Shown one piece after another: positions 56,553 to 64,000 of a stretch of DNA of 64,000 nt. The number at the start of each line of letters is the position of its first letter. Within the stretch, counting starts at the first letter, position 1. The stretch lies in the NCBI RefSeq assembly GCF_009931435.1, contig NZ_CP043414.1, one strand, 5' to 3'. A program made the position numbers and the translations under genes. This DNA comes from Escherichia coli. Lineage in GTDB: Bacteria > Pseudomonadota > Gammaproteobacteria > Enterobacterales > Enterobacteriaceae. A model generated the notes under the pieces. The model did not search any database, was not told the origin of the DNA, and saw only the letters and a program-made list of their open reading frames with translations.

Positions 56553-58160
56553 ATGCGTATTTCCTTGAAAAAGTCAGGGATGCTGAAGCTTGGTCTCAGC
56601 CTGGTGGCTATGACCGTCGCAGCAAGTGTTCAGGCTAAAACTCTGGTTTATTGCTCAGAAGGATCTCCGGAAGGGTTTAACCCGCAGCTGTTTACCTCCG
56701 GCACCACCTATGACGCCTCTTCCGTACCGCTTTATAACCGCCTGGTTGAATTTAAAATCGGCACCACTGAAGTGATTCCGGGCCTCGCTGAAAAGTGGGA
56801 AGTCAGCGAAGACGGTAAAACCTATACCTTCCATCTGCGTAAAGGTGTGAAGTGGCATAACAACAAAGAATTCAAACCGACGCGCGAACTGAATGCCGAT
56901 GACGTGGTGTTCTCGTTCGATCGTCAGAAAAACGCACAAAACCCGTACCATAAAGTTTCTGGCGGCAGCTACGAATACTTCGAAGGTATGGGCTTGCCGG
57001 AGCTGATCAGCGAAGTGAAAAAGGTGGACGACAACACCGTTCAGTTCGTGCTGACTCGCCCGGAAGCGCCGTTCCTTGCTGACCTGGCAATGGACTTCGC
57101 CTCTATTCTGTCAAAAGAATATGCTGACGCGATGATGAAAGCCGGTACGCCGGAAAAACTGGACCTTAACCCAATCGGCACCGGTCCGTTCCAGTTACAG
57201 CAATATCAAAAAGATTCCCGTATTCGCTACAAAGCGTTTGATGGCTACTGGGGCACCAAACCACAGATCGATACGCTGGTCTTCTCTATTACCCCTGACG
57301 CTTCCGTGCGTTACGCTAAATTGCAGAAAAATGAATGCCAGGTGATGCCGTACCCGAACCCGGCAGACATCGCCCGCATGAAGCAGGATAAATCCATCAA
57401 CCTGATGGAAATGCCGGGGCTGAACGTCGGCTATCTCTCGTATAACGTGCAGAAAAAACCACTGGATGACGTGAAAGTTCGCCAGGCACTGACCTATGCG
57501 GTGAACAAAGACGCGATTATCAAAGCAGTGTATCAGGGCGCGGGCGTATCAGCGAAAAACCTGATCCCGCCAACCATGTGGGGCTATAACGATGATGTTC
57601 AGGACTACACCTACGATCCTGAAAAAGCGAAAGCCTTGCTGAAAGAAGCGGGTCTGGAAAAAGGCTTCTCCATCGACCTGTGGGCGATGCCGGTACAGCG
57701 TCCGTATAACCCGAACGCTCGTCGCATGGCAGAGATGATTCAGGCAGACTGGGCGAAAGTCGGCGTACAAGCGAAAATCGTTACCTACGAATGGGGTGAG
57801 TACCTCAAGCGTGCAAAAGATGGCGAGCACCAGACGGTAATGATGGGCTGGACTGGCGACAACGGGGATCCGGATAACTTCTTCGCTACCCTGTTCAGCT
57901 GCGCTGCCTCTGAACAAGGCTCCAACTACTCAAAATGGTGCTACAAACCGTTTGAAGATCTGATTCAACCGGCGCGTGCTACCGACGACCACAACAAGCG
58001 TGTTGAACTGTACAAACAAGCACAGGTCGTGATGCACGATCAGGCTCCGGCACTGATCATCGCTCACTCCACCGTGTTTGAACCGGTACGCAAAGAAGTT
58101 AAAGGCTATGTGGTTGATCCATTAGGCAAACATCACTTCGAAAACGTCTCTATCGAATAA
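56553..58160 (+). CDS. dppA: Dipeptide ABC transporter periplasmic binding protein
   Basis: 535-aa ORF with signal peptide (AASVQA). Confidence 0.95.
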   Translation: MRISLKKSGMLKLGLSLVAMTVAASVQAKTLVYCSEGSPEGFNPQLFTSGTTYDASSVPLYNRLVEFKIGTTEVIPGLAEKWEVSEDGKTYTFHLRKGVKWHNNKEFKPTRELNADDVVFSFDRQKNAQNPYHKVSGGSYEYFEGMGLPELISEVKKVDDNTVQFVLTRPEAPFLADLAMDFASILSKEYADAMMKAGTPEKLDLNPIGTGPFQLQQYQKDSRIRYKAFDGYWGTKPQIDTLVFSITPDASVRYAKLQKNECQVMPYPNPADIARMKQDKSINLMEMPGLNVGYLSYNVQKKPLDDVKVRQALTYAVNKDAIIKAVYQGAGVSAKNLIPPTMWGYNDDVQDYTYDPEKAKALLKEAGLEKGFSIDLWAMPVQRPYNPNARRMAEMIQADWAKVGVQAKIVTYEWGEYLKRAKDGEHQTVMMGWTGDNGDPDNFFATLFSCAASEQGSNYSKWCYKPFEDLIQPARATDDHNKRVELYKQAQVVMHDQAPALIIAHSTVFEPVRKEVKGYVVDPLGKHHFENVSIE

Positions 58161-58195
58161 TTAAAAGCCATACAAGGTTGATGGCAAACGCAAAA

Positions 58196-58300
<105 letters not shown>

Positions 58301-58467
58301 CAAAGCGTACTTTGTCAACAATCTGCATACCCGGTGGTGCTGTGCCTTTAAGTGCAGCGCCATCCGGCAGCAATACTTAATTCCTTGTCCTATAAGGGCG
58401 GGAATTGATTTGTGAGCAATACAGACTCGCAGTTCCAGGCTGCGGGTCACTACAGAGAATCCGGGTT

Positions 58468-59487
58468 ATGTTGCAGTTTATTCTCCGACGTTTGGGACTC
58501 GTCATCCCCACGTTTATCGGTATTACCCTTCTCACATTTGCCTTTGTCCACATGATCCCGGGCGATCCGGTGATGATCATGGCGGGTGAACGTGGGATCT
58601 CCCCAGAGCGTCACGCACAATTGCTGGCAGAACTCGGCTTGGATAAACCGATGTGGCAGCAGTATCTCCATTACATTTGGGGTGTAATGCACGGTGATTT
58701 AGGCATTTCGATGAAAAGCCGAATTCCGGTATGGGAAGAGTTCGTGCCGCGCTTCCAGGCCACGCTGGAACTTGGCGTCTGCGCGATGATTTTTGCGACC
58801 GCGGTCGGCATTCCGGTTGGTGTGCTGGCTGCGGTTAAACGCGGTTCTATTTTCGATCATACAGCCGTTGGCCTGGCGCTGACCGGCTACTCGATGCCGA
58901 TCTTCTGGTGGGGCATGATGCTGATCATGCTGGTTTCGGTGCACTGGAACCTGACGCCTGTCTCCGGTCGCGTGAGCGACATGGTATTCCTCGATGATTC
59001 CAATCCGTTAACCGGTTTTATGCTGATCGACACCGCCATCTGGGGTGAAGACGGTAACTTTATCGATGCCGTCGCCCATATGATCCTGCCCGCCATTGTG
59101 TTGGGTACTATCCCGCTGGCGGTCATTGTACGTATGACGCGCTCCTCGATGCTGGAAGTGCTGGGCGAGGATTACATCCGCACCGCGCGTGCCAAAGGGC
59201 TAACCCGCCTTAGGGTGATTATCGTCCATGCGCTGCGTAATGCCATGCTGCCGGTGGTGACCGTTATCGGCCTGCAGGTGGGAACATTGCTGGCGGGGGC
59301 GATTCTGACCGAAACCATCTTCTCGTGGCCAGGTCTGGGGCGCTGGTTGATTGACGCGCTGCAACGCCGCGATTATCCGGTAGTGCAGGGAGGTGTATTA
59401 CTGGTGGCGACGATGATTATCCTCGTCAACCTGCTGGTCGATCTGCTGTACGGCGTGGTGAACCCGCGTATTCGTCATAAGAAGTAA
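58468..59487 (+). CDS. dppB: Dipeptide ABC transporter permease
   Basis: 339-aa product from ATG at 58468 (MLQFILRRLG...). Confidence 0.93.
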   Translation: MLQFILRRLGLVIPTFIGITLLTFAFVHMIPGDPVMIMAGERGISPERHAQLLAELGLDKPMWQQYLHYIWGVMHGDLGISMKSRIPVWEEFVPRFQATLELGVCAMIFATAVGIPVGVLAAVKRGSIFDHTAVGLALTGYSMPIFWWGMMLIMLVSVHWNLTPVSGRVSDMVFLDDSNPLTGFMLIDTAIWGEDGNFIDAVAHMILPAIVLGTIPLAVIVRMTRSSMLEVLGEDYIRTARAKGLTRLRVIIVHALRNAMLPVVTVIGLQVGTLLAGAILTETIFSWPGLGRWLIDALQRRDYPVVQGGVLLVATMIILVNLLVDLLYGVVNPRIRHKK

Positions 59488-59496
59488 GGGGGCATC

Positions 59497-60399
59497 ATGT
59501 CACAGGTTACTGAAAATAAAGTGATTAGCGCGCCGGTGCCGATGACCCCGTTACAGGAGTTCTGGCACTATTTTAAACGCAACAAAGGCGCGGTTGTCGG
59601 GCTGGTTTACGTCGTCATCGTGCTGTTTATCGCGATCTTTGCCAACTGGATTGCGCCCTATAACCCAGCGGAACAGTTCCGCGATGCACTGCTCGCCCCG
59701 CCAGCCTGGCAAGAAGGCGGCAGTATGGCGCACTTGCTGGGCACCGATGACGTAGGTCGTGATGTGCTGTCGCGGCTGATGTACGGCGCGCGCTTGTCGC
59801 TGCTGGTTGGCTGTCTGGTAGTGGTGTTATCGCTGATTATGGGCGTTATTCTCGGCCTGATCGCTGGTTACTTTGGCGGCCTGGTCGATAACATCATCAT
59901 GCGCGTGGTCGATATCATGCTGGCGCTGCCAAGTCTACTGCTGGCGCTGGTGCTGGTGGCGATTTTCGGCCCGTCGATTGGTAACGCCGCGCTGGCGCTA
60001 ACCTTCGTTGCCTTGCCGCACTATGTGCGCTTAACCCGCGCCGCCGTGCTGGTGGAGGTGAATCGCGATTACGTCACCGCGTCTCGCGTGGCAGGTGCTG
60101 GGGCGATGCGTCAGATGTTTATTAACATCTTCCCGAACTGCCTTGCGCCGCTGATTGTTCAGGCGTCGCTCGGTTTCTCTAACGCCATTCTCGATATGGC
60201 TGCTCTTGGTTTCCTCGGCATGGGAGCGCAGCCGCCAACACCGGAGTGGGGCACCATGCTCTCCGATGTGTTGCAGTTCGCGCAAAGCGCCTGGTGGGTC
60301 GTAACCTTCCCCGGTCTGGCGATCCTGCTGACGGTGCTGGCATTTAACCTGATGGGTGACGGTCTGCGTGACGCGCTCGATCCCAAACTGAAGCAGTAA
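59497..60399 (+). CDS. dppC: Dipeptide ABC transporter permease
   Basis: 300-aa ORF with GGGG SD. Confidence 0.93.
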   Translation: MSQVTENKVISAPVPMTPLQEFWHYFKRNKGAVVGLVYVVIVLFIAIFANWIAPYNPAEQFRDALLAPPAWQEGGSMAHLLGTDDVGRDVLSRLMYGARLSLLVGCLVVVLSLIMGVILGLIAGYFGGLVDNIIMRVVDIMLALPSLLLALVLVAIFGPSIGNAALALTFVALPHYVRLTRAAVLVEVNRDYVTASRVAGAGAMRQMFINIFPNCLAPLIVQASLGFSNAILDMAALGFLGMGAQPPTPEWGTMLSDVLQFAQSAWWVVTFPGLAILLTVLAFNLMGDGLRDALDPKLKQ

Positions 60400-60409
60400 G
60401 AGGTTCGAG

Positions 60410-61393
60410 ATGGCGTTATTAAATGTAGATAAATTATCGGTGCATTTCGGCGACGAAAGCGCACCGTTCCGCGCCGTAGACCGTATCAGCTATAGCGTGA
60501 AACAAGGCGAAGTGGTCGGAATTGTGGGTGAATCTGGCTCCGGTAAGTCGGTCAGTTCACTGGCGATTATGGGGCTGATTGATTATCCGGGCCGCGTGAT
60601 GGCAGAAAAGCTGGAGTTTAACGGCCAGGATTTGCAGCGTATCTCGGAAAAAGAGCGCCGCAACCTGGTGGGTGCCGAAGTGGCGATGATCTTTCAGGAC
60701 CCGATGACCAGCCTCAACCCGTGTTACACCGTAGGTTTCCAGATTATGGAAGCAATTAAGGTACATCAGGGCGGTAATAAGAGCACTCGCCGTCAGCGGG
60801 CGATTGACCTGCTGAATCTGGTCGGTATTCCCGATCCGGCATCGCGTCTGGATGTTTACCCGCATCAGCTTTCCGGCGGCATGAGCCAGCGTGTGATGAT
60901 CGCCATGGCGATTGCCTGTCGGCCAAAACTGCTGATTGCTGATGAGCCGACCACCGCGCTGGACGTGACCATTCAGGCGCAAATCATCGAACTGCTGCTG
61001 GAGCTGCAGCAGAAAGAGAACATGGCGCTGGTGTTGATTACCCATGACCTGGCGCTGGTGGCGGAAGCGGCGCATAAAATCATCGTCATGTATGCAGGCC
61101 AGGTGGTGGAAACGGGCGATGCCCACGCCATCTTCCATGCACCGCGTCATCCGTATACTCAGGCATTGCTGCGCGCGCTGCCGGAATTTGCCCAGGACAA
61201 AGAACGTCTGGCGTCATTGTCTGGCGTCGTTCCTGGCAAATACGACCGTCCGAATGGCTGCCTGCTTAACCCGCGTTGCCCCTATGCCACTGACAGATGC
61301 CGTGCTGAAGAACCGGCGCTGAATATGCTCGCTGACGGGCGTCAGTCCAAATGCCATTACCCACTTGATGATGCCGGGAGGCCCACACTATGA
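60410..61393 (+). CDS. dppD: Dipeptide ABC transporter ATP-binding protein
   Basis: 327-aa ORF; Walker A GESGSGKS, signature LSGGMSQR. Confidence 0.93.
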   Translation: MALLNVDKLSVHFGDESAPFRAVDRISYSVKQGEVVGIVGESGSGKSVSSLAIMGLIDYPGRVMAEKLEFNGQDLQRISEKERRNLVGAEVAMIFQDPMTSLNPCYTVGFQIMEAIKVHQGGNKSTRRQRAIDLLNLVGIPDPASRLDVYPHQLSGGMSQRVMIAMAIACRPKLLIADEPTTALDVTIQAQIIELLLELQQKENMALVLITHDLALVAEAAHKIIVMYAGQVVETGDAHAIFHAPRHPYTQALLRALPEFAQDKERLASLSGVVPGKYDRPNGCLLNPRCPYATDRCRAEEPALNMLADGRQSKCHYPLDDAGRPTL

Positions 61394-62394
61394 GTACGCA
61401 AGAGGCCACCCTGCAACAACCGCTGTTGCAGGCGATCGACCTGAAAAAACATTACCCAGTGAAGAAAGGGATGTTTGCGCCGGAACGTCTGGTGAAGGCG
61501 CTGGACGGCGTTTCGTTTAATCTTGAACGTGGCAAGACGCTGGCAGTAGTGGGTGAATCTGGCTGCGGTAAATCGACCCTCGGTCGGCTACTGACGATGA
61601 TCGAAACACCTACCGGCGGCGAACTGTATTACCAGGGGCAGGATCTGCTCAAGCACGATCCGCAGGCGCAGAAGTTGCGTCGGCAGAAAATCCAGATCGT
61701 CTTCCAGAATCCCTATGGCTCGCTGAATCCGCGTAAAAAAGTCGGGCAAATTCTCGAAGAGCCGCTGCTGATCAACACCGGTTTAAGCAAAGAACAGCGT
61801 CGGGAAAAAGCGTTGTCGATGATGGCGAAAGTCGGCCTGAAAACCGAGCATTACGATCGCTATCCGCACATGTTCTCCGGCGGTCAGCGTCAGCGTATCG
61901 CCATCGCCCGTGGTCTGATGCTCGACCCGGATGTGGTGATTGCCGATGAACCGGTTTCCGCGCTGGACGTCTCGGTACGTGCGCAGGTGCTCAACCTGAT
62001 GATGGATTTGCAGCAGGAACTGGGGCTGTCTTATGTCTTTATCTCGCACGACCTGTCGGTGGTGGAACACATTGCTGATGAAGTGATGGTGATGTACCTG
62101 GGCCGCTGCGTGGAGAAGGGGACGAAGGAGCAAATCTTCAATAATCCGCGACATCCGTACACACAGGCGCTGCTCTCCGCGACGCCGCGCCTGAACCCGG
62201 ACGACCGCCGCGAGCGCATTAAGCTCACCGGTGAACTGCCAAGCCCGCTCAATCCACCGCCGGGCTGCGCCTTTAACGCCCGCTGTCGTCGGCGCTTCGG
62301 CCCCTGCACTCAGTTACAGCCGCAGCTAAAAGACTACGGTGGTCAACTGGTAGCTTGTTTTGCTGTTGATCAGGATGAAAATCCGCAGCGTTAA
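61390..62394 (+). CDS. dppF: Dipeptide ABC transporter ATP-binding protein
   Basis: 334-aa ORF; Walker [10 protein letters not shown], signature FSGGQRQR; start overlaps dppD stop. Confidence 0.93.
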   Translation: MSTQEATLQQPLLQAIDLKKHYPVKKGMFAPERLVKALDGVSFNLERGKTLAVVGESGCGKSTLGRLLTMIETPTGGELYYQGQDLLKHDPQAQKLRRQKIQIVFQNPYGSLNPRKKVGQILEEPLLINTGLSKEQRREKALSMMAKVGLKTEHYDRYPHMFSGGQRQRIAIARGLMLDPDVVIADEPVSALDVSVRAQVLNLMMDLQQELGLSYVFISHDLSVVEHIADEVMVMYLGRCVEKGTKEQIFNNPRHPYTQALLSATPRLNPDDRRERIKLTGELPSPLNPPPGCAFNARCRRRFGPCTQLQPQLKDYGGQLVACFAVDQDENPQR

Positions 62395-62423
62395 CTCACA
62401 AAACCGGGGCCATGCGCTCCGGT

Positions 62424-63695
62424 TTACTCAATAAACTTCAATAGTGGTGACAAGCACAGCAAAATGCCGTACAGCAGAATCAGCCAGGCTTTAAACCCGC
62501 GAAGTTTTTCCAGTTGTGAGACTTTATAGATCAGGAAAAATGGAATGAGGCACGACACAATGCCATATAACGGGCTTCCCAACTGAAAGAACACCAGCAC
62601 CGATACACGAAACGAAACCCAAATCGTCAACGTAATGACGATAAAAGCGCAGATCGCCAGAGTCAGCATGCGTGAGTTAATTTTCTTGGTATCAATAATT
62701 CGGCTTAACAGATTGAGAATAATGCCTTTAATGGCCTCGTGGAAACCGAGATAAATGCCAAAGAATGCGGTCAGTACGGCAAAGATATTCAGCACCGTAG
62801 AGGTGATATGAATGATATGCCCAGGGATCACCTGTGCGGCCAGTGCCAGTGCCGAGATATTTTGTTCAAAGGCAGAAACGGCTTCTTCGTGGCTAATTGA
62901 GAAGGTAAACGAAAAGGCAAAAAACAGGATCACCGCGATGAGCGTGATATAACTAATTCGGTGGGTACGCAGCGCGAGCCGGGTTGCCAGTACTTTATTT
63001 GCTTCCCGTTTGCGGTAGGCAATATTCATCGGGTTTAGCACCTGAATAAATACCGCAGAAAAGAAGCAAAAAGGAATAGTAAGCAGGACGTCGCGGAAGA
63101 AGACGGTGGCTTGCGGGAAGGCGGTTATATTGGCGAAATTCCAGTGCGGGATCATCGCAAAACCGAAGACGACAATAATCCCTACTTTGACCACCACCAT
63201 TGGCCCGGAAATCTTAAACAGTAATCGTTCACCACCAGACGCAATTGCCACCAGTACGGCGAAAATGGCGACTTTATAAAGTAGAGATTGTGAAAGATCG
63301 GCATCGGTTAAACCGAAGGTTTTCAGGTACGAAGCGCTGTCGAAAACCACGGAGAGAGAGTAGATAAAAATTCCGTGGATAATCATCAAAAAGTAGATTA
63401 CCCCGAGGAAAATTCCCCAGTTCTTCCCCAGGTAATGGCTGATAATATCGGTGTAGTCATTACAGGAATCGCTTTCAGAGAGGGTTTTTAAATAAATGTC
63501 CTGCACTACCCAAGTGGCAGGATAAGCAATGATCGCTGCGGTAATAAATACCCAAATTCCCTTCAAGCCAATTTGAACTGGCATCAGCACGGTTCCGGCA
63601 CCAATCGCCATGCCTATGCATAATAAAACCCAGCCAAAGTCGTAGCGTGTAAACGGCAATTTCTGATCGTGTATCGGTAGTGTGTTGTGCTGCAT
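62424..63695 (-). CDS. yhjV: Amino acid (Ser/Tyr-type, HAAAP family) transporter
   Basis: 423-aa product from internal ATG ([34 protein letters not shown]...); polytopic. Confidence 0.8.
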   Translation of the reverse strand: MQHNTLPIHDQKLPFTRYDFGWVLLCIGMAIGAGTVLMPVQIGLKGIWVFITAAIIAYPATWVVQDIYLKTLSESDSCNDYTDIISHYLGKNWGIFLGVIYFLMIIHGIFIYSLSVVFDSASYLKTFGLTDADLSQSLLYKVAIFAVLVAIASGGERLLFKISGPMVVVKVGIIVVFGFAMIPHWNFANITAFPQATVFFRDVLLTIPFCFFSAVFIQVLNPMNIAYRKREANKVLATRLALRTHRISYITLIAVILFFAFSFTFSISHEEAVSAFEQNISALALAAQVIPGHIIHITSTVLNIFAVLTAFFGIYLGFHEAIKGIILNLLSRIIDTKKINSRMLTLAICAFIVITLTIWVSFRVSVLVFFQLGSPLYGIVSCLIPFFLIYKVSQLEKLRGFKAWLILLYGILLCLSPLLKFIE

Positions 63696-64000
63696 AAAGT
63701 CCTGTCCAGAAAGAAGTCGGCCTCGCAAAAATGAATAAACCCAGTTTCTCTTGCGCAACAGGTGGAGAAGTCGAATACGCAGTATGTAAAAAATGAGGCA
63801 ACAGATTCACTGGGGAGGTCGCGAGGAGGCGCAATTCTACAAAATTGCGCATTTCACTACCAGTCTGGAGTCAGCTCGGATATGAACTGCAACTATTGCA
63901 AATAAAGAAATTAAGCTGGAAGGCATCACGCAATGAGGAAGATTGCCGGGTGCTGACGGTAAAAAGCAATCGTAAAATCAGCGGCAAGCCGGAAAGGTTC

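Overview
The window reads as an Escherichia coli-type chromosomal segment, in reverse orientation to the K-12 map as I remember it: selA (3' part)-selB-yiaY-aldB-yiaW-yiaV-yiaU-yiaT, the yiaK-sgbE L-lyxose/2,3-diketo-L-gulonate operon with its TRAP transporter, yiaJ-ysaA-avtA-malS-bax, xylR/xylFGH/xylAB, yiaAB-wecH-ysaB-glyQS, hokA-cspA-yiaG-yiaF-ghrB-yiaD-bisC-yiaC-tag-yhjY-yhjX-eptB-proK(tRNA-Pro)-dppABCDF-yhjV. Gene names come from recognising the translated ORFs and their synteny; no database search was run. Most of the window is ordinary core genome with REP/BIME elements in the usual intergenic positions. Four things stand out. (1) A three-gene cassette between yiaT and sgbE (GH127/DUF1680-like glycosidase, GPH-family symporter, divergent AraC-type regulator), which I do not recall at this junction in K-12. 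(2) An intact HicA/HicB-like type II toxin-antitoxin pair plus a convergent small membrane protein between aldB and yiaW. (3) Two tandem 118-nt units (168-nt period) downstream of proK, each ending in a copy of the last 19 nt of the tRNA. (4) A hokA locus with no IS element between it and glyS. All four are sequence-based inferences that need homology searches and comparative genomics to confirm.
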